Of a stretch of 64,000 bases of DNA, positions 15,820 through 31,544 are shown one piece after another; the stretch's first letter is position 1, and the number at the start of each line of letters is the position of its first letter. The notes under the pieces were generated by a model. That model was not told the DNA's origin, searched no databases, and worked only from the letters and a program-made list of their open reading frames with translations. The stretch comes from the human T2T-CHM13v2.0 reference genome, Homo sapiens. The position numbers were made by a program, and so were the translations under genes. The DNA lies in assembly GCF_009914755.1 (NCBI RefSeq), contig NC_060925.1, one strand, 5' to 3'.

Positions 15820-16657
<838 letters not shown>

Positions 16658-17198
16658 AGTTGGGGACATTGATTATTTAGTTGCAGGCTACAGGGCAGGG
16701 AAAGCAGCACACCCCTCTACTCCATCCTCACCCCAACACACGTACTCCCAGCTGAGCAGATGCTGAGGGCATGGCTTGGACCCAGGGACTGTGGGAGAAG
16801 AGAAGACACTCTTGTCTCTTCAAGCCCCACTTTCCCCAGGAGCCTGCCCCATCTGCCACAGTCTTTCTAGAAAAAGAAAGTACAATTGTTCCTTGTTGGG
16901 CAGGAAGATGCTGGGGGCTGCCTGGAGACGAGCCAGGCCAGAGCTGACAGTAGGTCTGTGACATAGGTCAGCTCACTCCCTCCTCCTGACTGGGCCACCC
17001 ACTCATAACTTTCCTGGGCAAATTGGGGCCTAGTTCCAAGAGGAGGGATTATAGGGTTGGAGCCAGGAAATGTACAGAATCATCCCCAAAGCAGGAGGAG
17101 GTGAAGGGCAAGGAGGATGAGAAAGGAGTTTGCTTTATTTTTGGAAGGCAGGGAGAGGGGACCCCTCGGAGGCCCCCTGGCTGCTGGCTCTCCTGTAG

Positions 17199-17598
<400 letters not shown>

Positions 17599-17813
17599 TA
17601 TTGTCTATTCTTGACACATTGCCTATGGGCTTCCCTTCTTGTTGTGCCTGTAGCCTGGGCACTCTTCCTCCAGACCTGCCCAATGCGGCCTCAGTCTCTC
17701 TGCTCAAAAAACAGAGAAAAAGCCACTTCCTCAGAGAGGCATCCTCTGACTCCCCCAACTTAGGTATCCATCTGCTGCCCCCATATCCCTATGATGTTTT
17801 ATTTTCTTCATAA

Positions 17814-18144
<331 letters not shown>

Positions 18145-18572
18145 TGAATTTGCTATTTATTTTTGTGTTTATTATCTCTATTTATTATATTTGTCTCTAT
18201 TTGCACTAGAATGCAAACTTGAGCAGTATGTGTCTTACAATTGTTTTCTGAGCACTTATCGCAGTGCCTGGCCCTCAGCAAGCCCCCAGTAACTGTTTGT
18301 TGAATTAATGAGTTCTCAGTTGGTGCCATCCTGCTTCTAGGTGCTTCTCCTGTGTCACGGCAACTCACCAGAAGCACAACAATGACCCATAGGGTCACCT
18401 ATCAGCCCCACCCATCAGCTCAGGATAATATTACAGGCTCAGAACCCAACTGCTGTGCTTCAAAACCCAGTTCTCCTTCCTAGCTGTGAAACCTTGCACA
18501 AGTCCTTTAACCTTTCTACGTCTTAAACCACATCTGTAAACCACAACAATAATAAAAATACCTACCTTGTAG

Positions 18573-19016
<444 letters not shown>

Positions 19017-19223
19017 TAGACAGTTTTTTCTTGATCAAAATCAACAGAGGTTTGACATTTTTCCTGGTTTCTTCAAGGACTACTTTCCAGCTTTGTTTAG
19101 CTTCTCTTGTATTTCCCACAGGTCCTTTTTAATCAAAGCATAATTTACACATAATAAAATGCACAGATTTTTAAGTGTACAGTTCTCTCAGTTATAATAA
19201 TTATATACACTGTATAACCAACA

Positions 19224-19357
19224 TGTTTGTATTTTTAGTGGAGACGGGGTTTCACCATGCTGGCCAGGCTGGTCTCGAACTCTTGACCTCAGGGGACCTA
19301 CCCGCCTCGGCCTGCCAAAGTGCTGGAATCACAGGCGTGAGTCACCATGCCAGGCCT
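19224..19357 (-). mobile_element. Alu left-arm fragment within L1M relics (~19130-19700)
   Basis: Left monomer only; flanks resemble L1MB/L1MC 3' ends. Confidence 0.8.
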
Positions 19358-19726
19358 CAATACATTGTTGTTGTTGTTTTTTTAATTTCAAATATGTTTT
19401 TTAAAAATAATTTCAAATTAAAAGTGGCAAAAATAGTAAAAGAACTCCCATATCTTTTTCATTCAGATTCCCCAGCTGTTACATTTCATTTGCACACTCC
19501 CTCTTTCATTCTAGTTTTACATATATTGTTATCGTAGGTCTTTACTCTGAATGATTTGAGAGCAAGCTGCAGACAAAATGCTCTATTGCCCCTAAATGCT
19601 CCACCGTGCACTTCCCCCAGAACGAGGGCACTCGCCTACAGAGTCCAGATGTGACGACCAGCTGGGGGATAACGGGTTCCACCCTTGCAAGTGTGATTGC
19701 CCCTCTGCCCTGAGGTCTGGTCTTGT

Positions 19727-20044
19727 CTTTTCTTTTCTCTTCTCTTCTCTTTTCTTTTCTTTTCGAGACAGGGTCTCACTCTGTTGCCCATGCTGAGTAC
19801 AGAGGCACGATCACAGCGCACTGGAGTCTCCACTTCCCAGGCTCAAACGATCCTCTCACCTCAGACTCCTAAGTAGCTGGTCCTACAGACACGCACCACC
19901 ACACCCAGCTAATTTTTTAATTTTTTTGTAGAGACGAGGTCTCACTGTGTTGTCCAGGCTGGTCTTGAACTCCTGGACTCAAGTGATCCCACCTCGGACT
20001 CCCAAAATGCTGGGATTACAAGCGTGAGCCACCACCCCTGGCCC
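19727..20044 (-). mobile_element. AluJ
   Basis: J-type features (GGGTCTCACT, GCTCAAACGATCCTC). Confidence 0.9.
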
Positions 20045-20408
20045 AGGTGTACTTTTCTAAAATTATTATTATTCCGGATTTATTTTCTCTTGGAGAATTA
20101 CTTCTTTCCCCTGTGTATACAGTCTTGACACTCTAGTCAACGAGATGTCCTGTTCCTTACTAGCCAAGGGTGGGTGTGAAGCCAAGCCTGGGCAAGTGAA
20201 CACACTCTCCCAGAGTTTGTGGATCTTGGACAGAGTGATGCGGAAAACCACATTGTTGGTACAAGGGTGAGCATGATGACTCTGCCCCTTCCTGGGAAGT
20301 TGGAACATGTTAGTCACTTACACACTTCTACAAGGGGGTTTGGAAGGAAAGGTGTAGGGGCTTCCTCTAGGTGAACAGGCTCCAGGACAGAGTTGAAATA
20401 GAATTTTA

Positions 20409-20690
<282 letters not shown>

Positions 20691-22096
20691 TTATTCAAGT
20701 TAAATGTCTAGTAAGAAACAGAACTAGGATTCAAACTTAGATCTGCAGTGTCTCCACATTGCACACTCTCCTGGCTATCCCACCTCACTCCAGTGAGAGC
20801 TTAAGAGTCAATGGGCTGAGTAAGGGGTAGGGGGCTTGGCCAGGTTTCAGAAGGAGAGCTGGAGAAAGCCAGCTAGCTATTGGGCATGGCAGAGCCTCCC
20901 TGACCAACTCCATGCATTCCCTGGACAGCTGTAGGTTCAGGGCCATCGAAGGGGGAAACAGTAGAGCAGCCGAATACCAGTGACCCCATGTTGGCAGGCA
21001 GGGCACCTGGGGAGACTGCCGTGAGCAAGGGCCAGGATTGGAGCCTGTCTCCTGGCCCTGACTCCAGCCTCATCATGCGCCTTTCGGGGACATGATGGGG
21101 AAAGAGGGCATACATTTTGTCCCTCTGGATCCCAGAATCATCTTTGCCTGATTGAGGGAGGGGACACTGAGGAAAGAGGAGGCTGTTGGACACAGTAAAT
21201 ATATGAAGCGCCTACTTTATACCAGACACTCTGTTGTGTGATACGTAATGTAACCCTCCCAAGGCTCTACTTCAGAAAGGTTAAGTGATTCGCTCATGAT
21301 CACAGAGCTAGAAAATGGCAAAACCAGGACCTTGAATCCCAACCCAGTGCTCTTTCCACAGTTCCATGCTGCTTCTCACCATGCAGGGTTTGGGAAACAA
21401 GCTTTAGGGGAGGCAGCACTGTAGAGCCATTGAGAGCATGAATGTACGCTAGGCTGCCCAAGTTCAAATCCAGCCCTATTGCTTGCTGGCCACATGACTT
21501 TAGGCAAATTATCTAATCTCTTTGTGTTTTATCAGTTGCCTTATCAGCATCCTTTGTAGTGTCAACCTCATAGGGCTGTGTAAGGATTAAATAAAATAAC
21601 ACACTTAAAGCCTTCCACTCAAGGTCTAGAACATGGCAAATACTAGATGAAAGTTAAGCTGTTTCTGTGCTGCAAGCTGGTGCATTGAACATGCCTCTCC
21701 CTGGGTGGCTTAAAGGTGATTCTAGGTGGGGAGAGAAATAGGAGCATTGGAGAGAAGACAAGAGAGAGGATGGAACCTTCAGAACCAGCTGCCTTCAACT
21801 CGCTTTACAGCTTGTCACTCCAAATAAAAGCAACAGTCACAACATATCCTTACTATGTAGGGTTTTACCCTTTGCAAATGCATTCTCAGACACTCATTTT
21901 AGCCTCGTGACAGCCCTGTCTGGTGGGTACTACTATCCCCATTTTGCAATTGAGAAAACTGAAGCTCTGAGATCCCAGGTCCTGCCCCAGTTGGGCACTG
22001 GGGTGGGACTCCAGGTGGGTAACAGATTGAGTTGCCCTGACCACCTAGCAGAAGGGGTAGACGTCAGAGGCAGTGAGACCTGCAGGATGACTTTTA

Positions 22097-22210
22097 CCAG
22101 TGGTTCTCAAATTTGAGCATGTTTCAGAATCCCCTGGAGGGCCTGTGAAAAACACGAATTGCTGGGCCCCAACCCCAGAGTTTCTGACTCAGAGTCTGGG
22201 GTTGGGAGTT
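22097..22210. mobile_element. MER5A fragment (hAT-Charlie)
   Basis: CAGTGGTTCTCAAA...CAGAATCCCCTGGAGGGC...TTGCTGGGCCCCAACCCCAGAGTTTCTGA. Confidence 0.8.
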
Positions 22211-22244
22211 GGTCTTGCTGAGAGCCCTCTAACCATTAGCAGCG

Positions 22245-22258
22245 GCGACATCTTGTGG
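22245..22258 (-). promoter_or_regulatory. CTCF motif (reverse)
   Basis: Minus strand CCACAAGATGTCGC within a CpG-retaining patch (~22240-22430). Confidence 0.55.
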
Positions 22259-22516
22259 TGAGGGACAGAATGTACCTTGGGCTCCCTCAGCCCTGATTAC
22301 CCGCGCGTCCAGGATGATGCCGGACCAGGCTGCACCGCCCAGAGGCCCGACGGCGTCGCTGGGGCAGACCCAGAGACTCTCACACGCCTTGTCCTTGCCC
22401 GGAGGGTGCAGGCGCCTGCATGCCTCATTTACCCTAGAGAGAACAGGAAAACCTAAACTTGTTGTGCAGAACCTGCAGCTTCGTGTTAGAATACTATTTC
22501 CTCCCCCCACCTCCCT

Positions 22517-22665
22517 TTTTGTTAGAGACAATATCTCTGTTGTCCAGGCTGGAGTACAGTGGTGCTCTGCTCGCTGTAGCCTCCAACTCCTGGGCTCAAG
22601 TGATCCTCTCGCCTTGGCCTCCCAGAGCGCTGGAATTATAAGCATGGCTCATCGCACCCGGCCCA
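22517..22665 (-). mobile_element. Alu monomer (FLAM/FAM-like)
   Basis: Single antisense monomer. Confidence 0.8.
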
Positions 22666-23486
22666 GAATATTTTTTATTCTCATTTTTGTAAATAAGTTT
22701 CTTCCCTGGTCTTTCCACCGGAGCCTGTGAATCGCAGCCTCGTGGCACCACCACAGTTGGCTTCTCAAGTCGGGAGGCTGACTCCTTGAACCGGGCGCCT
22801 CACTTCACGATTGCTTTCAGCTCAAAGGAGCATTTTACAACAGGAACCATTATCCCTGGTAGCTTGACGTCCAGCCCTGACACGATTTTCTGATTGACTA
22901 AAATTAGGGTAATGAGTTATGAGGGCAGAGAATGGAGCTGCGATCCCTGTAGGCGGGGGCAGTACCGCCTCTTATTTCCTCTGCCCAGGTGGTTAAGTTG
23001 GTAGATTGGGGTGTAGGTGTCTCTGGAGTTGGGCAGCAATGGGTGGGGTAGTAGAAGGACACCTGGTCTGTGTCCGGGGCTGGGTTCGAATCCCCACTCT
23101 GCCTGTGAGCTGAGAGCCCATGGGCACATCACCTGAGCTTTCTGCGTTTATCTGTAAAATGGGCAAGAGGCAATCAGTCATTTATATGAAAGCGGCCTGC
23201 AGTGCCTGGCACCGAGGCGGGCACGGATGGGCATTTGGTAAGGCAGGGAGGAGGAGCGCGGCGCCTGGAGGCTCCCGGGGCAGGGGAGAAGGGCATCGAG
23301 AACGGGGGCGGCGTGCGGGGTGGGAAGAGGAGAGAGTTCACGGCTTGCTCCTTCCCCTGCCCCCAGCCGCCTCAGCCCAGGCCTGAGTCTCTCCCCGTCT
23401 GGGCCTCTGCTTCCTGCAGGCACAGCCAGGGCCAAGACGCGCCCCTGGGCCTCCCTCCCCTTCGACGTCTCCACCCGGTATGGAAC

Positions 23487-23499
23487 ATTAATCATTAAC
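23487..23499. promoter_or_regulatory. HNF1A/B palindromic site
   Basis: ATTAATCATTAAC, one mismatch to GTTAATNATTAAC, isolated inside GC-rich DNA. Confidence 0.6.
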
Positions 23500-23556
23500 C
23501 GTCCTGTGGCCAGGCCCAGCGGGGCGCCCGCTTCAGCTCTCCCGGTGCCACCTAGC

Positions 23557-23563
23557 TGAGTCA
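23557..23563. promoter_or_regulatory. AP-1 / MARE-like site
   Basis: GC-TGAGTCA-C. Confidence 0.45.
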
Positions 23564-23684
23564 CCGCGGTCTGGGCAGCTCCCCGCAGCCAGGACCTCCC
23601 TCCGGGCCGAGGGTCGCGGGGTTCGAGCCGCGGCGAGGTCTTGGGCTTCCCAGGGGCCGCTCCTCGGTGCGCCGCCGCCCACAA

Positions 23685-23698
23685 TCAGCAGGGGGCGC
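23685..23698 (+). promoter_or_regulatory. CTCF motif (forward)
   Basis: TCAGCAGGGGGCGC versus core CCAGCAGGGGGCGC. Confidence 0.55.
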
Positions 23699-24266
23699 CC
23701 GTCCCGACCGCGGGAAGCCGGCGGGGCCACCGAGCGGCGGGCTGGCCTGGCGGGGCGGTGTCAGGGCGGCAAGGCGGCGCCTCCCCAAAGCCGTAAACCT
23801 TCCCGCCCGGCTGACTACGCCGGCCCAGCCACGCACGCGCACCCCGCATGCCCCGTGGCCTGTGAGGTTATTCAAGAAGCCAAGGTCGGGAGTGGGGAAG
23901 GTCAGCCTCTAGCCCGGCACTGTCTGGAAAAGATCGAACCAATTAATTGACTGTAAGAAGCATGTAACCAATACAATGGAAGGCATTGCTACCCTTCCTC
24001 CACCAGGTTCAGGACCTCATGCCCAAGGAACGGCGCGCAGGAATTGGTAGTAGGTTGTGGAGGGTCAGGGGCTCTCCCAGCATCCTGAGGCTGTCTCCTG
24101 TGAAGGCCACTCCAGAGGTTAAAGCTTTCCCGGGTGCCAGGAGAGCTCTCCTAATTCAGCCGTAGGGATCACCAGTAAAGATGCTCAAAAATCCCAGCAT
24201 CTCCCACTTGCAACCCACAGGGGATTCTATTCTACTCTCTCTAATTCCCCATGGCCACATAGTTGA

Positions 24267-24570
<304 letters not shown>

Positions 24571-25659
24571 GGTCACTTAACATTTAACCTAACACCCACC
24601 TGCCAGCAGGTCAAAGGTTATTGCCTATGACTGGCCAGGTTTCACTTCGGCTGCCGTGGTGCTCCTGATGTGACTGCACTGGGCAGACGGACCTGAAGTA
24701 CTGTCCCTGTATTAAGTGGAGTGGCCCCGGGAATGAAGCCATAACAGCAGCCAGAGACAGCAGCCCAGATTGGCTGTCTTGACAGCCCAGAGCCAGTGTG
24801 GTCAAATCTGCCCCCATGATGCCTGTGTCCTTGCTATTCCCGCCCCAGTCATCCCCCTCTGAACCCCAAGGAGTAGCTGTGAGGGTGCAGGTGGGTGAAA
24901 GAGACAGGCAGTGGACATTAGTGCAAGAACTAGGGTCATGGGTTCTGAGTCCAGCTGGTCACTGCATACCTACGTGATGACACATAATTTCTCTGAGTCT
25001 CAGTTTCCCCAGCTGTAAACAGCACTAATAGGAACTGTGTGGACTACCTCAAAGGGTTGGTAAAGGGTTCAAATTAGATAACGAATGTTCATCACTAACC
25101 CATTCATTCGTTAAATGTTTATTACAAACTTGCCTGAAAGATGATGATCCGTCTTCTCAGTGGCAGCAGAAAAATCATGAAAGACCCTGCCCATGACGCC
25201 ACCTGTGGTGCACACAGGCTTAGCACCAGCCTTTCTTAAACTGTGTGAGCAGGAGGGCTGCTGCAGAGGAGGAGGGATGCAAGGTGAAGGGGGAGGAGAG
25301 GCAGGAACTGCATGGTGGAGGAAGCAGGAAGAAGGGCGAGGCCTCACCCATATGGCCTCAGCAGGCCCTGTGATCTCCCTGTTGAGCCCAGGTTCTCCCA
25401 GAAGCTCCCTGGGAATTACTGAGCTGGGTGTGGCTTCCTAGCCCCACACCTGCCCAGCCAGCTCAGGGCCCCTCCGTGCTGTCTTCTCAGGATCCTGCTT
25501 CAACCTGCTGCCACTTCCCCATGCCTAGCTCACTGTCACTTTCTCCCTTACCTGCCCTCTCAGCCTCAAACTGATAATTTGGAAAAAGAGGCGCCTGGAA
25601 AAAACCACTTCCAGGGTACAGCAGGAACCAGCCTCACTCTTCTTTCTCTCTTTTAAAAA

Positions 25660-25846
25660 TTATTACGATTTTTACTGAGATGGGTTCCAAGTATCACTCT
25701 CCACCACCTCATCACCTTCTGGGACCTGGATGGACTCCAGATCACTATGTTGCCTAGGCTGGTCTCAAACTCCTGAGCTCAAGTAATCCTCCGGCCTCGG
25801 CCTCCCAAAGTGTTGGGATTACAGGCGTGAGCCACTGTTGCCTGGT
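25660..25846 (-). mobile_element. FLAM/Alu left monomer carrying a foreign ~53-bp insertion
   Basis: GAGATGGGTT [insert] TCACTATGTTGCCTAGGCTGG. Confidence 0.85.
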
Positions 25847-26659
25847 CTGGCCTCGCTTTTAATTTTGGCTTCCTGGAGGCTTTTGCTGAGGTAGAGATGC
25901 AGGCCACCCTTGCCTGACAATGCCTTCCAGGCAATTGAGTGGCTGAGCCAGTGGGAGAAGGTGGGCTTCTCTCACTCCCAGGTGTGGTGGTAGTGAACCA
26001 GCCCAGGTGGTCAACATGAACTGGGAACATGGAAGACAAAGGTAAAAGAGCTGGTAAGGGAAGCAAAGCAGGTTTGGGAATAAAGCTTAAAATCTGGTAC
26101 AGAGTGGGTTACCATGCCGTCCCTCTGGGGCTGACACATCAGGCGGAAGCCCCCAAATACAGGGTTAGTCTTGTCATGTTACAGTTCTCCCACTGGGCTG
26201 AGAACTTCCCAAAGACACAAGCCATGTTTCTTCCTCATCTTATAACTTGTGTAAAAGGCTGGATCCCTTGGAGTACAATCTTCTCACTGGGCACCTGCTG
26301 GCCATAGGCCAGCCCGCAGAGAGCAGGGCAAGGGTACGCATGTGCCCCCGAGTGGCTCTCTTAGCCAGGCTGGGCCAAGGTTCACCCATTTCCAAGCTCA
26401 GCCTCTGGGCATACCATGTTTGGAGCCCAAGGGCAGTTTTCCATGCAACGAGGCACGTATCACTCTCTACCACCTTGTCACCTTCTGGGACCTGCGTGGA
26501 CTCCAAATCCCTCTCTCTAGATGTAAAATTGAACCTGGTGGAGGCTCTGCAGCTGATGTGAAACCACCACTTCCTCTCTCCCCAGATGGTTCCAGCCAGA
26601 GGCCAGCCAGTCAGCCCTGTTAGGGTGAGCACCTACTGTGTGCAGAGCCAAGTGCTCAG

Positions 26660-27112
26660 TGTATGATACTCACCTTTTGTTTTGCCTGCCTATTATCCCT
26701 TCCCCTTATTCTGGCAAAAGCTTTCCAATTCTTAACCTTCCACTTGTAGTCAGTAAGATTCCCACAGGGCCCATTGCCAGAAGGAAGCCCCTGGGCCAGG
26801 CCTGGCCACAAGATATTTTACCCCAGCCTCTGACACTGGTCACAGAGATCATCAGCACCAGGGCTGTAGCTGGAACTAGTGGGAGGAGAAACTCTCTCTA
26901 CTGGTGGATTACATGAGCCTGGGACTGCTGATGGGCATCTTGCATCACCAGGGGAGAGCCACGCCAAGGAACAGAGAAAGACCAATTCCTGAGGACATCG
27001 CTTAGGCTCCTGGAGCCACCGTGGCTGGAATGGCCAAGCTATGACTGCCTACATTTCCTAAGTTACTTTGAATTGGGTTTTCTGTCACTTGAAACTAATA
27101 ATGGTGACCAAA
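26660..27112 (+). mobile_element. Old MaLR LTR (MLT1K/L-like)
   Basis: 3' end TAAGTTACTTTGAATTGGGTTTTCTGTCACTTGAAAC; internal GAGCCTGGGACTGCTG...CATCTTG. Confidence 0.55.
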
Positions 27113-27247
27113 ATGAGGAGAGGAGGGTGCTCAGAGAAATAAAGAGAGGAAGTGAAATGATTTCTACTTTCAGAAAGGTCCCAGGCTGAGGGGAAATATG
27201 GTTTTCATCCTTGGGTGTCTGAACACATGATCTTCCATTTTTTTAAC

Positions 27248-27330
27248 TGTGTGTGTGTGTGAGAGAGAGAGAGATTGTGATATATATATATATATATACA
27301 CATACATATGTGTATATATACATATACACA
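27248..27330. repeat. Compound (TG)n(AG)n(TA)n microsatellite
   Basis: Direct reading. Confidence 0.9.
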
Positions 27331-27759
27331 TTGAGAAAAATTCTTATACTTTTTATTTCTTTGTCAAAAAATACATATCCAGAATGGAAAACTTATTTAA
27401 AAAAGAAAAGAAAGAAAGAAAAAAGGAAGGAAGGTAACCTGTATGCCACCCTCCACTGTTACTCTTTTTCAGTGGGTTCATGTGTGCATACACCTTTAAC
27501 AAACTACAGAGGGTCATCTGGTAGAGATTACTTCAATTTGTTTTTCTCCCCACTTACCAACACATGGGGATCTTCTTTGCAAAAACATAGAGGAAACTTT
27601 TAGGAGGCAAGTCTCATGGCCCTACCGTGTTCACATGCATCTCGCCACCCAGCCTGTCATCTTGTTTCCTAAAAGAGGCACAGGAGGCCATCTGTGGATG
27701 AAAAGTGCCAATTATTCTCCATAGTGTCGCTGTTAGAGAAAGTCTTAAAAAACAGAGCA

Positions 27760-29070
27760 TTCATTCACTCACTTGTTCAATAAGTAAATATTTAAGTGCC
27801 TCTCAACATGCAGGGCACTGAACTATGCGCTTAGGGTATGATGAACAAAACCAGACATTGTCTCTGCTCCTTGGAGCTTACAGCATAGTGAGGCAAAGTC
27901 ATTCATCAAACACTTGCCAAACACGTGTAAACCACTGGCTGGCACAGATGCTGAAAGGGCATAGCATAGGCAGGTTTGGTCCACTCAGGAGGGCTTTCCT
28001 GAGGAAGTGAGGTGTGGGCTGGAATCTAAAGGATGAAAGGTGCTAACCAGGCCAAGAGAGCGATGTGAGCATTTCAGGGAAAGGCACTGTAGTTGGAGAG
28101 AGTATGGCTGGAGTGGAGAGAGGGGGAGCCAGTGTCCCCCACCGTGAGAGTGGGTGGCAGAGAGAGAAAGGAGCCAGGTGATGCAGGGCCTTTGAAGTCA
28201 CATTGCTAAGTTTTGTCATGGTCCTAAGAACAAGGGGAATTGGCTGGGTGTGGTGGCTCACACCTGTAATCCCAGCACTTTGGGAGGCTGAGGTGGGTGG
28301 ATCACTTGAGGTCAGGAGTTAGAGACCAGCCTGGCCAACATGGTGAAACCCCATCTCTACTAAAAATACAAAAAATGGGCCGGTTGTGGTGGCATGCGCC
28401 TGTAATCTCAGCTACTCGGGAGGCTGAGGCAGGAGAATCGCTTGAACCTGGGAGGCGGAGGTTGTAGTAAGCTGAGATTGTGTCACTGTACCACTGCATT
28501 CCAGCCTGGGTGACAGAGCGAGACTCTGTCTCAAAAAAATAAATAAATAAATAAAAGCGGTTGGGGGAAAAAAGGGGAGCCACTGAAGTTTCCCCAAGCA
28601 GATGCGTGTATGACATGACTAGTTTTGTGTTCTGTAAAGATTCTGAGGCTGCGTCGTGAGAAATGGGCTGGACAGATCCTAAACAGACTGGAGTGTAGTC
28701 GGCAGACAGCTATTGCAGTAGTCAAGGGATCAGAGGGCAGGGTAGCTTGCCATAGGGTGATGGTACAGGAAATGGAGAAAAGAGGAGGGCCTGGAGATGC
28801 ATTTAGAAGATAAATCAGAACTTGGTAATCGATTGGCTATGCAGAGTGAGAGAGAGTGTGTCGGGAGACTCCTGCTTTATTCCTGTCTTGCTCAACTGGG
28901 TAGGTGGCACCACCAGTCATGGAACTAGAAAACACTGTAAGAGAACCAGCCAGGCTAAGGAGAAGGTTAAGTGTTCCACCTTAGGCATGTCGAATTGTGG
29001 GAATCTTTGAGACCTCCAAACAGAGATGTCACTTAGGCAGTTGGATGTCTCAGTGAAGAGCTCAGAGATC
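27760..29070 (-). mobile_element. L2 fragment interrupted by Alu
   Basis: CATTCATTCACTC...AAATATTTAAGTGCC (antisense 3' end); GAGATGTC...AGGCAGTTGGAT internal motif. Confidence 0.7.
28242..28556 (+). mobile_element. AluSx-like
   Basis: Full Alu with (AAAT)n tail. Confidence 0.95.
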
Positions 29071-30054
29071 ACTTGTATGAGTGTGCACTGACCCGCGAAT
29101 CAACCAGCTGGTGTGGATTCTGATCCCAGCTCACTGTGTTTCATTGGTGAAATCACTAACCCACTCTGGGACTCAGCGTCCTCAAGTGTCCAATGAGGGG
29201 TTGGACCACAATTCTGTCCAGCTCTAACATTCTCTGAATCTGTGAGCACATGAGGATGGAATATTGCCCAAACTTCTCTAAATTCCTCCCAAAACCAGGG
29301 AAAGAGGTCCTCCAATTTTAGGAGTGTTTCTGGCTCTGTTAGACTGGTCTTCGGGATGTTCTTGTTCTGATCCTGGCTGTCTCTCTCCTAGTCAGGTCGT
29401 GGACTAGCCTGAGACCCCAGAGCCCTATTCTTGCATGGGAAACCCTAGGCCCCTCATCCTTGTTTTAAGAAAAGGAGAGAGAACTGCATGTGCCGCTGTA
29501 GCTCATGGGGAGGCAGGTTGAGGGTCAAAGGCATAGACTGTGAAACAAAGGTGTTTCTTGCCACGGACTTTCCAGGACACTTCCCCCAAGGTTTTCCCTT
29601 TGCAAAATGACTCCTCCCCTTCTCTGCTGCTAGCCTGCTCTCTCCTGAACTTTCTGCTCTCTGCACTCTTTCCAAAAATGTGTTATCAGGTGTCCATGCA
29701 GTGTTTGCTTATTTCACAAATGACCCAGTTCTTGATGATGTCCCAGGTCCCACTGACCTTTCTTGGCTAGAGTAAGTAGCCCATGAAATAATATCTTCCT
29801 GGAACTGTTTGACACCTAGTCCCTCTCCTGGGTCCTGGCCAAGAGCTAAGAACCATTCATCCAGGGCTCATTATTAATGACCTATTACATGCTAGACACT
29901 GGAGATGCAAAATGAACAAAACCCAATCCCAGCCCTTGAGAAACCTTTGTGCCAATGATTTTGAAGTGTGAACTGGACCATCATTACCACCCTCTTCACC
30001 ATATTAAAACCTCTTTTCTGCACACTTGGCTTTTGAGTTGTCTCAAAGATCATT

Positions 30055-30383
<329 letters not shown>

Positions 30384-31156
30384 TTACCGAGGGCTTATGA
30401 TGTATCGGTCTTAGTAGAAAGCACTTCACATCCTTCATCTCATTTAATCTTCCAAACACCCTGTGAAGTAGGTTCTGTTTCTCTCACTTCACTCTTGAGA
30501 GCCTGAAAGAGATTAAGTCACTTGCCTGAGTTCAGACAGCTGGGATTCAAAACCAGGTTTAATCTGACTTGAAAATACCTGGCTCTTAACCACACTGCTG
30601 TTGCCACCTTTGATGGGACGGATGGCTGCTTGTTTCCTGAGGAGTTGGTGTTAGCTACAAACTTCCAAGTTTATTAGAAGAAGGACCCCAGGAGTACAGG
30701 AATCCTGTCTTGTTTAGCCCTTATCGCAAAACACCTAGGATGGTGCCTAGTAAATATTTGTTGAATGAATTTCAATAACTGAAACACTTTGCAAATCCCC
30801 CTCCCCACTCACCACCACCAATCACAACCTTGAGAACTATCAAAGGCAATGTGTTCAATACATTAACATAATGAGGAGAATCTCTAGCTAGAAGATTTGG
30901 AGTCCCCTCCAGGCTATAGGCCCAAAGAAGTAGTTTGTTAAGTGGTTTGTTAAACCATTAGCAAATGGATAGCTACTTCCGTTGCTCAGGTGTGTTTGAA
31001 TTCCTTCCTTTTATACCAAGGAGCCTAATTCTAAGCCACCACTTTCATCTACCAGTGACCTTTAATAAAGCCAAGGTTTGTTTGTTTGTTTGTAGCAAAC
31101 AATGACGCAATTACTTTTGAGAAAAAAAGAGTAAATTGAAGAAAAGTTTATTTTCA

Positions 31157-31544
<388 letters not shown>

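Larger units (their letters stand above)
23200..23900. promoter_or_regulatory. CpG island (orphan promoter/enhancer candidate)
   Basis: Abrupt rise in GC and CpG density over ~700 bp; GC boxes; no credible coding ORF. Confidence 0.85.

Noticed and set aside
23120-23912. Overlapping Arg/Gly/Pro-rich ORFs in the CpG island
   Set aside because: Expected from stop-codon scarcity at high GC; no preferred frame or known motif.
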